From NCBI GenBank assembly GCA_040954595.2, contig CM082580.2:8720390-8784389 (forward strand): a stretch of DNA of 64,000 bases, written 5' to 3'. A program made the translations under genes and the position numbers. Shown piece by piece: positions 1 through 13,743 of the stretch. The notes beneath the pieces are model-generated. The model had not been told where the DNA came from. It searched no databases and saw only the letters and a program-made list of their open reading frames with translations. Source of the stretch: Balanoglossus misakiensis. Its lineage: Eukaryota; Animalia; Hemichordata. Within the stretch, counting starts at the first letter, position 1. The number at the start of each line of letters is the position of its first letter.

Positions 1-1325
1 TTTCGAAATTCTGAAATAATTCATCATCTTAGGAGAAGAGCTGCAAGCTGAAGCTGATGAGGGTTCCCCAGAGAAACACAGGGCCAAAACAGGTAATTAC
101 AAAGGCTATCTCCAAAAGCTTTAAAACGAGAAACACTGTTGCCGTGCCTGGGAGAAGAGGGGATTAAATACACGACCGAATCATCGAGCTGCGCCACTCG
201 CTTAATGCCAACGTCAATTTTTATAATTCACTTTGTTGAGAGCAACACCTGTGGGAACAGGCAGCTAATTCAAATCTGAACGAGGAACATGTACGTGTAT
301 AATATTGACGTCAATTTCAGTGTTAAAGAAGTACAGAGAACCCGGAATGCTTTCACAGATGAATTTTCACTTGGGCAATTATATTCACAAAGCATGTTGA
401 TACCATGTTTGTCTCTGTTAAGCTTATCACATCTTCATTTTTTTATACTTTTAATGATTCCTGTATTTCACAGCAGATTCACACTGGAAACTTGAGAACC
501 ACAGTATCTGCCTTGCGCTGGATGACAGGGAACACAATTTCCATTTGTCCGAGTCAGAAACCCCCGCCATACAAACCGCAACCACTTACGGTGATGTCAC
601 ATTTTGACATTCTCGACATCAGACTCAATCTTGTCTCATTACAGCGAGTACACAATTCGCAGAAGTCTATGAATAACTTTATTGCTCAGATGCATATAAC
701 GGGCATGCCTCATTAGTCCTCGTTAGTTTCAGAAGCTCTGAATGATTGAATAATATTCATTTCACTCTATATAAAAATACATTCAGCAACCCTCTTCCCC
801 CCACTAGAATTCCATTATTAAGCTGCCAATTTTCAGTTTTTCAAAATTCCTTTCTAAAAGTCCGACTGCAGAAAAGCAGACCTAGGCTCACACAGATCCA
901 TGTACTTTTACAGCCAGTCACACAAACCAATGAAGGTACGACGTGTACTTTCGTCCTGCCCTCAGGAGATGTTGCAAAATGTGACTTTCTAATGAGATTA
1001 GAGACTAAAAATACATCCTGACAAGCCGCACATGGGTAAATTGCGTTTATAACAAAAGGTAACTTCCAATTTAGAAATCAATGCAATGATTTTGGCTCTT
1101 CTGTAAAATGCAGCATTTAGGGATGGGGGGGGGGGGGGGGCACTCTTGATAAAAGAATCAGATAGGACAATCTGAACCCAAAGAATCGTGGGACCTGTCA
1201 ATCAATGACATCTGAATACACGATAAATGCTGTACATGTAGTACTGTAATTGTAAAATTGATTCTATCCTGTCAAAGTTTTTTTTCCTAATTGTTAGATA
1301 TTACTGAATTAACCAACATGTATAA

Positions 1326-1399
1326 GTCTTTGTGGCCTAGTGGTCAGGGTACTGGACTTGCAATCAGGGGGTTCTGGGTTCAATTCCCAGACCAGGACA
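1326..1399 (+). pseudogene. tRNA-like sequence (degenerate cloverleaf, anticodon position TGC); tRNA pseudogene or SINE head
   Basis: A box TGGCCTAGTGG, B box GGTTCAATTCC, perfect T arm CTGGG-TTCAATT-CCCAG, loop CT-TGC-AA. Acceptor stem (GTCTTTG/CCAGGAC) and anticodon stem contain mismatches and an extra base, so it is unlikely to be a functional tRNA. Confidence 0.6.
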
Positions 1400-1464
1400 T
1401 GATTGGGATTAAATACCTGAGGGTTTTTTTTTTTACTTCTCATGAATATTTTATTAATTTTTTT

Positions 1465-1813
1465 TTAAAGGGACAAAGCCTCTCTCTCGCTGCCTTTTTT
1501 CCCATTAATTATGTTTGATACAAGACACCATTTATTTTATTCCATATGTGGATATATAGTGAATCAACATTCGATCGCATACAACTTCCATCCCGTCTGT
1601 AGAAAGTAAAAATCTCGCAAAATGAATAAACGATAGAGACTGATTATTCATTTTGGCGACTTTTCACTCTCGTGTCTACGAGCGGGATGGAAGGTGTGTA
1701 TGGTCGAGCATTGATTCACAATATATCCACATGTAGAATAACATAAACGGTGTCTTGTATCAAACATAATTAATGGAAAAAAGGGCAGCGAGAGAGAGAC
1801 TTTGTCCCTTTAA
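1465..1813. mobile_element. Foldback MITE with TTAA target-site duplication and AGGG...CCCT ends (Kolobok/T2-MITE-like)
   Basis: TTAA-AGGGACAAAG at 1465 and CTTTGTCCCT-TTAA at 1813. The two arms are reverse complements over almost the whole length (e.g. CATTAATTATGTTTGATACAAGACACC / GGTGTCTTGTATCAAACATAATTAATG). No coding capacity. Superfamily assignment is inference from the TSD and termini. Confidence 0.8.
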
Positions 1814-4617
1814 ACCTCTCGGGTGAAAAACAAGATTTCAGACTCAATCATTACGTGCGCTTTGTCGTGATACTTGTGGTGATCCCTAACCTTACTTTGC
1901 ATTGTAATGTAACCATATTACCATTTCCAGACTGTAGCTGTCAATAAAGATCTTTTTCTGGTACTTCTTTTGCTCTTTGTATTAAATGAAGTTTCTTCTT
2001 CTACCCAAAGTGTATGATACAGAGCTCTGTTACCGTTGACCCATGTGTGGTTTTCTGTCACACAGCTTCTAACATGTTTACCCGCCACTGCTATTGAATT
2101 AAGTTCCGACTTTAAAAATTCAATCGCGCCGACAATAACACACCTGACAAGGTCCACACACAGAATTCAATATGCTTTTTGAGATAACTAGTTGATATCA
2201 TGACAAAAAATACAATTACTATCCCTAATACCTAAATGAAACTATTTTTTTCTTCAATATACAAGGAGATATACATGTAACTTGGACAAATATCATTCGA
2301 GTCAGTGAGGACCTCATTTTGAGCGTATTCTGCTGAAGGAAGACACTAAAAATATACCATACAAATACAATGTACTACTATTCACCAGTATGTATTTCAA
2401 CCCTGGGGATTTTTAAAATCTGAGTCGCGATTTAATCATATAGAATTGTATATTGTATAAATAACAACTCTTCACCAAAAGAACTCTCTTAAAACAGACA
2501 GCAATGGCCTGCAATGACTGTGCATGTGCGCCACTTAGTGTATACACAACCGAGCCATCTATTGCTGCGTGTTTCCACTCAGCCACACGCTACATGTATG
2601 TACAGAGATGTCCATCAAGTTTTTCAACTGTGACTGAAAATTCATCACTTTCAAGTGCTGGCAGAAGGCACACAAAACCCGCTGCTGAGTAAACAGTACG
2701 ATTTTTCGGCAAACAAAAATTCTATAAATAGTCAAATGTCACTCATGACCGACCGTTCATTCCGATTCCAAAAGCAGAACTCTGTTGCCGGGATTTATTG
2801 GCAGACTGAAAACCAACACAGCTACCCGTCTGCCCACCGACAATGACTCGAGAAGATATTGTACCAGTCATCGATACAGGCAGCAGACTCACACAGCAAC
2901 AAAAAAGATGTTTGTATTGCCGCGACTCCGGTAACCTAGCAACAGTTGCTACCCAGAGGAAAATAATCCATGAATGAATCTCGTTACGCAGTAACCAATA
3001 CAAAATATCAGTTTATCAGCCGCCTTTTGTCCGGGCACTGTCCAACAATGGTCACTCGGCCAGTTCTGGCCATTCATCGATGGTCAAACGGCCAGCACTG
3101 ACCACTACGCTTTTCTTCAGGACATTCTTGTCGGTATTGACGTTTGGATATATTGCTGCCAGTCATCCCTTTGTCGCCGGCCTGTCAAGCACAATGAGTG
3201 TAGATAAGCCACTGTGCAGCTAATTTAATCTTTGGGCTTCGCCATTGTGCCATGTGAGACAAGTCAATACTGGCTGTGTCCGCCAGCACAGTCGGAAATC
3301 CACTCAGTCAATACGCAGAAATGCTGTCACAAGGGGGATTTTCAGGAAAAAAGCAATATTTCCACTTGAATGAGCAGGAAGACCAATCTATACACTGACA
3401 AAAAATGCTGAAGTACTCTTTTGAATTTAGGCACTGTGATCACACTGACATGATCACACTAAAATTGCTGGTGATAATTACAGTATGTAGATTACATTTT
3501 GTAGTCTATGTAAGTATCAAAATATCTGGGCCCGGACATTGTTAGTTCAGTCCAAAAAAAAACTAAATCCAGCGATTCAATATATAATCACCTCATATTT
3601 TACGATAAACTGATTGAGGCAAATTGGGGCTTTAATGTAAAATCTTGCAATCTTGCTAAGAGGCTATAATATCTGTTTATCACAGTTTTATGTTTGAAAA
3701 TTATCTCTCAACAGCCCAGGTGAGTATATACACTACAACTATTTGCAACAGCAGTCAATATTTATATTCAACAAGACACACTTTATAAATGTGTCTACAC
3801 CTGAGAGACACTCATCGCTGCAGTTTCACACATGTATGCAGGCCGTATCAGATGTACGTGGGCCTGATACAGGAAGTAGAAATTCCACTTGTGGGAAGAG
3901 GGAAAAGAATACCACAGGAATATGAGGTGGAGATGGAAAGATACATGTGTACAGTACATGTATAAGCGAGTATTTCATGAGAGAGAAAAAAACAGTGGCT
4001 TTTCATGATATCCAGGATTTTTAGGTCAATAATGCCGTTTTCCCGGAATGAATGTGCAGTATTTTGATCTATAAAACGTTCACAATAATCATGTTTTATG
4101 ATAGCGTGTATAAAAGTTGATGCCCCAAACATCAGGTGCAAATGTCTTTCTTTTTTTTCCAAGATGGAGGGTTTACAATGGCTTTCCCGGAGTGGATTCG
4201 AATTCTGGGAATTTCAAGGATTATTCAGGGATGCATATATACGAACCCTGGATGTCACACAGAACATCTATGCAAGCAGCCTAGACAGCATGGTATAAAT
4301 CAATATGGATAAGATACACACCAGCTTCAAGCCCCGAGGGCAGTCTTTTTATCTCTGTTTGTCATGATCCAACTGACCATGGTGACCCGACCGTACATTC
4401 TGGCAACTTCAAAGAAAATATTCTACTACTGACAGTTATTACTTGACAGAGCATGACGCCAATCACCATCCAGTCCTCGTGTCATCGTTTTGATACCGCA
4501 GCTGAGGTTTACTCACGTCACCATAGCAACGCGAATTTTTTTCTCAAATGTTAAAATCTAAACAGCTCGTGTTTCTGTACATTTCATTCACATGTATATC
4601 ACAGACTGTCCTCCACC

Positions 4618-4739
4618 TACTGTAAAACAGGATTTTTTCGCGAATGAGAAAATTTCGCAAACTGCGCAAGAGCAAAAAACACGAAAATAAAAATTCACAC
4701 AAAAAATGTTCTGGCGCGAAAATTTCCCGGTTTACAGTA
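4618..4739. mobile_element. TA-flanked MITE (Tc1/mariner-type non-autonomous), diverged copy
   Basis: TA-CTGTAAAAC...TTCGCG at the left end and CGCGAAAATTTCCCGGTTTACAG-TA at the right end. Same family as 12465-12601. Confidence 0.7.
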
Positions 4740-6355
4740 CGTAAACACTCAGTCATTTCAGGATAAATGTTCAGAGCGGGTAAACCGACAGAGCCCATGG
4801 GTGTGACACTGCACAATGAAGAGGCCTTGAATTTCAGCGTGGAAAACGTGCTAATGGTTCCATGATACCCTTCCATCCCTGTAGGAATTCATTTGTGAAA
4901 AGCATGAAGTTTTTCATTGTTACCAGTTTGAAGAAAAAAAATGCACAATGTACAGCAGCCTGAGGTTGTTACTGGAAATAGAACGGGGAGGGAGGGGGGG
5001 GGCCTGCTACGTATAGCCTGCAGGCAAATTCTGAAGTGACGGATGGCATACCATTGTGAACTACCGGTAATACCACCTAAGGTCTTCTGTCTGTCAGTTG
5101 GTCAGCATATGTGGGATTATCAGGAAAGACTCTTGCGACAGAAACAACTACATCTAGTGCTAGTGCAGAGCACCCACACCCCATCCCTCTGTGTTTAACC
5201 GTGTTTTTCTTATTGTTGTGTACAGTGTCTATGAAATTTTAACAAAATACGACGCTCTAATGCTCATATATTATTATTATAATAACAGTGACTAGGAATT
5301 GAATTACCAACAGTCATATCTTGAGAGAAAAAATTGTGATGAAGAGTGCAGAATGCGCTGTCTGGAGGAACCGTATACCCAAGTGGTTCACCTACATGGA
5401 TTACAGTCAGAAAATGCTGCTCTACAGTCCTGACTCATGCGCTTGCTTAAGCTCTGTCAGTCCCTCAGGAATCGCGAGCTGCTGGAGTCAGAAATCACAC
5501 AGAGAGATCAGAGACTAGAAGAAGAAAAAAAAAACCTGTCCTGTGCCTTACACATACAAGCTCTCTAATTGAGTGGGAGGATCAAATAGCCGCATCTCCA
5601 GGGCGCCGCATTAATAACACACTCCGAGTGAAATCCAACCTGGCCGGCCGAACCCCCCATCATTACAAGTGCGAACATCAATTTAAATCAGGGCCGACCG
5701 GGACTTGGAACACATCACATCCATTAGCCTCTCCTAACAGCGGCAGAAGTACACTTCTGTAGGAACTGCGTACCCATAAAGATGTCAGAGTGTGTTTGTT
5801 CATGACTGCGTAGGGTCCCATAATATTACACCGGCTAGTACATAATTCCTCCCCGATGAGCATTATACAACCCATTACACTGTGCCATTCATCAGTGAAA
5901 TACACTGATGTATAAAAAGGATGTCAAGTGGTACAGGTAACACAAAGTTTATATCACAGACACTATAGGCCCGTTATTTTCTATTTCAGCATTGGGTGCT
6001 GATGGCTCAGCTTGCTTGGATAGTGGGACGTACACACCCTTTCCTCCTGTAGAGGCACACTTTTGAGAGCAGCTTCAACATGACAGGCCACACACTTGTG
6101 TGATGGATGACAGCATTGTTCACTCTAACTAGCAAATATTTGTCGCTGTTGTACTATTGACATATCCTTTAACCACAAGGTGGCTCTTGGAGACATCCAG
6201 TACTGAGAGTCACTAGGGCTGGCTGTCACCAGACAGAATTTGAACCGATCAATTCTCATATCATGATCACCCAAAGCAGGAAGCTTTTTAAACGTGAATA
6301 TATTGCAAATACTCCATTACAGGCTTTGGAATCACAGTACATATTAAACGCCACG

Positions 6356-6575
6356 GTGTGATTTTAATTGCACAAAGACTATTAGTTTGTATACTGCATT
6401 AAAATTTATTTATAGAGCACGTTAATTGATCGATCAATACATCTTTACAAAGTCCTTTTAAAAATGTGATTTTAATTGTATAAAGACTAAAGAACACTGG
6501 TTTGTATATATCATACTGCATTAAAATGTATTTATAGAGCACATCAATTGATTAATCAATACATCTTTATGAAAT
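6356..6575. repeat. Degenerate direct duplication of about 110 bp
   Basis: TGTGATTTTAATTG...AAAGACTA...TACTGCATTAAAAT.TATTTATAGAGCAC...ATCAATACATCTTTA occurs at about 6357-6448 and again at about 6466-6569, with indels. Confidence 0.8.
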
Positions 6576-9500
6576 CATTAAGTTGTATAATATGTCAATT
6601 AAGCCTTTCCTATTAGTGGCATCATTTTTCATCCTTGCTAATAAATGGCAGAAATATATGCAATGTAGTGGTCTCTGACTACTATTTGATGCTCTTAAAA
6701 TACCCCAAAGTTGACAGTATTTCTTTCCAAATCCCCTAAAAATGTAACAATATATGCGATTTAATCCAAGCTTATATATTACAATCATATTACTTCTCAA
6801 ACACGTCCCATCTCATCCTGAGACAAGCTAAAGCCCTGCGCGTGTAGCCAGATCAGAAATGAGCACAAAATGAACCCAAACTTCATTACACGTACTTACT
6901 GATTAGCCATATCGCCTCCTGGGACGATAAGCGACAAAGAGAATAGAGATTGATACCGGGTATTAAGGACGAATTTTCACCAAGATTGATTATTCGAAAC
7001 TCAATCAGCGCGAGGCAGTAATCGTAAAGGTGATTCAATGCAGTGCTGAATCTCGTTCGAGCATCGGGCATTGTTACCTTGAGCGGATTAGGGTTTAGAC
7101 ACAATGTAGGACGGTCTCACATTCCTAGCAGAGTTGTCAGATATCAGTGTGTTTCTCCATTGCAGTCCAAGTGTCTAAACCCAACCACAGAAGATGTAAA
7201 TCATATAGTATTGTTTTCTTTGATCAGATTGGCAATTTTTTTTTTCATACAGAAAAATAATTAAACGGAAAAGGTTGCAGAGGCAAGGTATTAACTCTTC
7301 TTCATGATTTGTTTGAAGATCAACATATTTAGCTTTGGTGGGTCCCTATTATTTTCCTTTAGGAATTTTCCTTTTATTTTCTGGCAACCTATTCAGCATT
7401 GCCTTATTTATCTGCGCTAGATGTGGACCCACAGCCAATACCACAACAACAATGATATCAAACAGCTGTCAGTACTCTAGCAAACATTCGGTGACATTTC
7501 ATTTGTGTCTTTTTCTCTCTCTTGCATTTTAAACAGAGACCCTTGGAACAACGGTTGCCAGAGACGCGATCCAATGCCCGAGACCTATTTCGAAATCTGG
7601 AAGCCCGTTATTTGCATTCAGGTCATGAGCGCAGGGAGGGGAAAAGTAATTGTATAAATTATACAAATTGTCTGGAATCAAAAAAAGGTTTACAGGTACG
7701 CGCATGGACTTGAATCAGTTCTACCCTATAACGCAGACATCTCCATGACTTCGCATGCTGATGTCCACAGCTTAACCACTGTTCTTGCAATGTCGGTGGA
7801 AACTGAATTGCTTTTTACCGAGTGCCTTAACATCACCTGGCTGGTTGTCTTGCCAAGTGTGTGTTACTCCGTAACGTCTGTGTATATGGTCTAGACAGCC
7901 ACGTCCAATGATAGAGTGAGATTAGGTGGGGTTTTAGGGGGACTTAAAACTAATCCAAGCTTTATGGTATGTATTATTGGCCACCCTAAGATGGGGAAAA
8001 TAGATTGAAATGTAAAAAAGGTTCCCCATATACGATGTAGCACTTTTACTGACTCGACATGATACCTTAATGGAGTCCAAAGGGGGGGGGGGGGGGGGGT
8101 TGCAATGGACAGACTCTGGAAAGCTACTAGGAAATTACTCACATCCTGACAATACATTTGAAAGCCACGGAGGGAGAATTTACAATGCGCCCGACACGCT
8201 GGTCATGCTCACTGATTTTCATTGATGCAATAAACCAACTCTCGCAGTGCTCATTTTCCTGTTGCTTTTTAAAAGGGCCCATTCAGTCGTACATACCACC
8301 ATGAATAATCTCCTCTGCTGGCCTTCTGATTGAAACAAATGAGATTACGCCCGAAACGCGGGTAATGGTTTTTCAGAGTCTCGTCCAGGCAGTTTCTCCC
8401 GGAAACCGTGTAAATTAAACGCACGCACGCCTTTCCAATATTCTCTCCGCAGGATTGCTCACATACATCATGCCATAAATTACGAAAACAAACCTTATTC
8501 CGGCTGATTGGGTCCTCCAGAATCTGTCTTTCTGACAAGACAGCTAAGATTTAATGCAAGGGCATGATTTCAATTCAAGAACAGGGAAACACTACTGAGC
8601 ATATCATATGCATGAGACGCATAAAACCTACGGAGGTGGTATCCTGTCGTTGCAGGAATTATAAAACTGAAAACATGCCACAGAAAATCCCACACAAAGA
8701 TTAACCTTTTTTCTTTCCCTCTGAAAATAACTACTTTGCACCTTTTCTACATAAACAAGGTAATGCTATAGACCAATTGTCTTATTCTATTTCCCCACAA
8801 CATAATGGACAACTTTAACAAAGGGATAAACTATTTTAATGACACTGTGCATATATATACATTCAAGTACATGTAAACATGTGTGTATGAACTGGATTTT
8901 CACACCAAACTGAATGTACAGTTAGCTTCCTTGCATGCCTGAGTCTGACCAATGTCATTGGACAATTACACTTGACTACACGACAAGTGATTGTTCCTTT
9001 GGCCACAATGACCTACAGCGAGTTGATTTACCCCACGACCGTTTGTTCAATCTACTTCGCATTGTTGTTAGAGTACGGGTCTATTACAAAGGAGAGGGTC
9101 TACAAGGCATCTGAAAATCCCCTAGTGCAGCACATTGTAACATTCCCTGAAAAAGCTTCAACCGTGACGTGCTGGACGCACAGTAGCACAGGTGTCAAAC
9201 GTACGTGGTGTTAACAACTAAAATTATTTTCTGTAGCTCGAATGAGGTGTCTTGTACCAGACGTGCTGCAAACCCACATCTGTTCAGTCATCCAGGTACA
9301 AGACTAATTGACACACGCAGCAAATGTTTAATCCGCCAGGGGCCAAAATGTCAGCCGCGATGTTATTAACAATAAGTGTATTTTATTACACGGCATCATA
9401 TATGGATTTATTAATAGCATCATAATTTAAAACGGTATCACCTCTTTCATTAAGCTTAACACTGGGGCACACTTCACAATCTAGGCCCCACAATACATGT

Positions 9501-12464
9501 TCCTTGGTTACAATATTTGCCAGCGGTAAACAAGTCAAACACCTGCAAGGAAGAGCTGAGTCTGTTAATTAATGGCACAGGTCACATCGAAGTAGGTTAC
9601 ATAAGGCAGCAGGCAAACACAGCACATCGTGCGACTTTGCCCCTATCAAGTTTTTCCAGAGAACCGACGTGTCATCTCAGTGGTTGTAACCAGACCACAG
9701 ACTGCTGTTTGAAATGCTATATCACACTTCGCACTCGACATCAGCAGGGAATATGTCACTCCATGATACGATAACTAGTTACCCAATGCTATTAGACAGC
9801 CAACATGAAGGCAGTACGTAACAAAACTGACAAATGCCAGTCCCTATTTGCCTGGAGTGTTCAGAGTGAATACTGTTCCCCGGTAATCTGCCGGTGAACT
9901 GCCGAACTCCAGCTCAGAAACACACCACTCGACTTCATTATATGGTTCAGATATGATAGTCACCTAGGCAATGCTATCAAAGTGCACTTTATAACCAGGG
10001 CCATCCACGAATTATAAAACAAAGTCTCTCTGGCATGGGTCCCTGTTGTATACTGATCCCCCCCCCCTCCCTGAGCAGAGCCAGCATAGCAAAGCGTAGC
10101 GAAACTCATCACCTACTAAGCTTGCCTCGCATAGCCTGGCTTGGCTTTTAATAGTCAGATATTAAAAACGCATTACCATCAAGGATGCTAGTGCTGTGAT
10201 ATGAGCAAGTCTAGACTAATCCAGGCCTCTGTCCGCATTATGAGTAACCTTTCTCTGTCTCAGTCTGATGTGAGTGAGACCTCGGGGCTACTCATCAAGC
10301 TTGAACACCTGATGATCTTCAATAACACACTAATTTGTTCTCTTTCCAAAATCGGATTGACTAACCCAGAAAGTTATTGTGTAAACCAGTCAGTTTATCT
10401 ATGTGCCACATCACAAGTGTTTTGCAAACAAACTTGAGATAATTAAGGTTACAATACATGTCACCCTCTCCCCATCAATCCACAGGTACATTATAACAGC
10501 TTTTTTGACAATATGATGCGATTGGTATATTCCCCTGAAAAAATTACCACCCAAGCACTAGCTGCTTCCCCACCTGTTTAGGGCTAGTGTGGGGATATAT
10601 GACTGGTAGGGAAGTGACCAGGGGGTGACTCTCCTAGAACCCCAGGGCTATAGCAGCATTGATGATCACAGCGAAATCCACCGCGACTTCACAACCAAAC
10701 CCGTGCACAAATATAAGCATCTCCTTCTTTCACACTCATTGCAATGAAAACCCTGAGAGCTGCTAAAATTGGCGGAATTTCAACAGAAATGATGCCAATT
10801 GTACAGCAAGATCAGCAAGATGTAATTACTGGGGAACTTTTTTTGTCGAGGTTCTTCACGGGAAATAATCACGCTGTCTCTGATTAGCCGAATGATGGAG
10901 GCAGTAACATCATAACCAACTCAGCATCTATTCACATCTTGCTAATTACCGAAGAAAATGACTACTGTGTAGGACACGCAGAGTCGCAAAATGGGGAGCC
11001 TTGTCAATTACCCTTCCAGTCTTTAGCAATAATGTCAATGTCACTGCATAATTTATTTAAATCCCACCGGTACGTTATATACAGAAAACTTCTCCCTCAA
11101 GTTGGCTAGCACAGTCCATATTTCTCACAAATCCGTAATACCTAAAACAAATCAATTACAACTGTCAGAGAGTGAACTGGTCAACTTCTAGCTTGAAATT
11201 ACAATGCAATGTCTCCAACCATTGCAAATCAATTAAGGAGTCTTTATAAGTGCGATGGCACGTTTTTGACTGCCAGAAAAAAAATGCAAGGTTAAACTTA
11301 AAAGCCACCTTAATTGAAGGGAATGTTTGATAAAAAGGTTTTAACAGCGGCCATCTTTTTGCGTGACATTGTTGCCGCAGCTTGCGCACAAACCTGGTGG
11401 CACCCTTTTCTTTACGATTCTCTGAACGCATAAAACGAGCCTAATGAACACTTGATTACAGGTGTTGAACTCTTTTTTCATTGTTGAAGTTCAATTAAGA
11501 CAGCACTTCAACCATTAACGCAACGAGAGAAACTCGATGTTTGCACGGTATACATTGTATCGAGAATCGATTAGTCAAGTTATCAAAAAAGGCTTCGCTC
11601 ATTCTGACTTTGGCTTTTAAAATTTGATTCACGCCCAATTGACACTCCTGAAACCATTAAAGGAGACATAGACCGATCCACATTGGCAGTGTGGTACCCG
11701 CTAAAAAAATCCAACCATCGAAGGCTCCAATACCTGCTGTGTTACCCATATTATTTTTTTTAATATGCAAAGGTGGGTATATTCTTCAATACCTTTAGAC
11801 AGGGGAAATGCATACATTTCCAGAAAATAAATTTCTAAATCTCAGAGGTTAATTGAATCCTCAGTGGTGTAACTAAGACTGTCAGTGGATTAATTCAGTC
11901 AAATTGCAACTTATTTCAGATTTTTTTTTTGAGAGAGAGAGGACAGTCCACACCGAGTGTCTTCTCATGGTTATACAATGTTCCATTTCAGAATGCTGTG
12001 AAATTCTACATATATATGCCATTTGTGACAACTCTATAAATAGCACACAACTTTACTAAATATCCCGAGTAAAGTGCTCCCATATCACGTATTACAGCAT
12101 GGTGGCTTGAACTGCAAAACTGACTTGTGCGATGATGGCACCCATTGTTTTTTATTAAAAATCAATTAACGCATCCCTGGGGCCCCTATACTGTTGGGAC
12201 ACCCTATTAACACTGGCTCTACTTTTGTTACATGTTGCATATGGGTTACTAATTAATAGGGAAAATTTTCTGACTTGAAGATCTGTCAATTTTTCATCTG
12301 TGACAGATATAAACACAGGGTATGGAGAAGAGACAATAATATTTTAATGACCTGACCTGGTAAACGCAAGCGAGCTCATTAACTCAAAGCGGACATAAAT
12401 GTCCATGTCATCTGGACCGTAAACAGTTCTGCTATATATGGGAACATGTATCTGCTTCTTGTCA

Positions 12465-12601
12465 TACTGTAAAACGGGTTATTTTCGCGAGGCAATAAAT
12501 TTTCGCGAAATAAGATAATGCGAAAATTAATCCTCGCATAACAGTTGCCTCCTTTGATGTCGCGAAAAAATTTTGTCGCGAAATTAACCCGTTTTACAGT
12601 A
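12465..12601. mobile_element. TA-flanked MITE (Tc1/mariner-type non-autonomous)
   Basis: TIRs CTGTAAAACGGGTTATTTTCGCGA / TCGCGAAATTAACCCGTTTTACAG (24 bp, one mismatch), each flanked by TA, with internal TTTCGCG subrepeats. Confidence 0.8.
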
Positions 12602-12737
12602 TTTATCATATATTTCCAATATAAACAGCTGTAAAATGCCCGACACCATTACCTGTAACACATAAACCCTGGAAGTTTAGCTTTAAACTTCCAAAATTTG
12701 ACTGGACAAGGCAGTGATGCAGACACTAAGCACCTAC

Positions 12738-13679
12738 CTGTTGCCATAGAAACCCATCACTATGGTTTTTAGCAGCTGCGCAGATAACGTGAAGGACAGC
12801 GCAAGAGCAACCGCCGAGCACTGCCAAGCGCATCCTTACAGGCAGCAAGGTATAGATCATGTAGATAAAAAACACGGTGCACCAGACGGCGGCGGTTGCC
12901 GACGCGGGCACTGCGCTGAGGACAGCCACCAGCACTATCACACATACGGTTCCCAAGATGGCGAGGCACACGATGCTCAGCTGTCGCTGCGTGAACGAGC
13001 TACGGTTACAGAAGATCTCCATGGCGATGAGGAATACAAACACAAGTCCCAGAATTGTACCTTTCACCCATAGAGTGTTTCCCGGGGCGTAATAGAAGGC
13101 GACCATGACTATGCAGACCAGTGCCAGGAGCCCTATTAAATAGGTCACGCTACTTTTGTTCAAACTGAAAAAATATCTCTGGTACAAGCGCTCCAATTTC
13201 TCCGACTTGAACTTCTTCGATTTGAACACTTTGGAGATGTGTTTCAGCGAGTCCACACACGAGCCGTCGGTGATGAGTACAGACTCGGTATCCTTGTCTC
13301 TATCCCTGACCTTTTCCTCCAGCTCCACTGATTTCAACCTTATATCTCCGTTTTTAGACCTGCCATTTTTGTTCGTTCTGGACTCCCTGTGGCTGTGCGA
13401 GTATTGGTGGTGGTGATGGTCATCTTTCTCCCAGGCCGACTTCCTGGAGCGGGAGCTCAGGACCGACGTGGCGCTGGCCGGTCTCGACGAATTCAAGTTC
13501 TGCTCGGTTTTGTTATCGACGTCCAGTTTTGTCTTGGCGGGGTCTACATTCTGCTGGGCCGGTGACGGGGACGGGGCCGTGGCCGCCGGGGACGGGGTTG
13601 TCTCTTCCCAGGCGGATTTGCGGCTGCGGGCAGAGCCTGCCGAGCCCGGCGGTGTCCCGTTCACTTTGGCTGCCGACAT
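12738..13679 (-). CDS. ADCY5: Adenylate cyclase type 5/6-like, first coding exon (N-terminus and first transmembrane helices); gene continues left beyond the window
   Basis: 314 codons from ATG 13679 to a phase-0 donor CAG|GTAGGT (intron starts 12737). Contains FKSKKFKSEKLERLYQRYFFSLNKSS, the KSAWE motif, and WCTVFFIYMIYTLLPVRMRLAVLGG, which match my recollection of the ADCY5/6 N-terminal and M1 region. No further cyclase exon was recognised in 1-12737. Confidence 0.92.
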
Positions 13680-13743
13680 CTCTTTACGGCGCTATGATGG
13701 AAAGAATTACACAAATTGTCTTGTCATAACAAAGGCGACCAAA

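Noticed and set aside
54-80. CTGATGA...GAAA hammerhead-like cores (also 27722, 34331, 37082-37098)
   Set aside because: None has a closing stem II pair directly before GAAA together with flanking stems I and III.
8082-8099. Poly-G tracts (also 1125-1140) as G-quadruplex elements
   Set aside because: Homopolymer G/C runs are scattered through the window, and nothing suggests a specific function.
11683-11700. miR-34-like TGGCAGTGTGGT (also TGGCAGTGTC at 30377)
   Set aside because: Only the first 10-12 nt match, and no hairpin partner arm is present.
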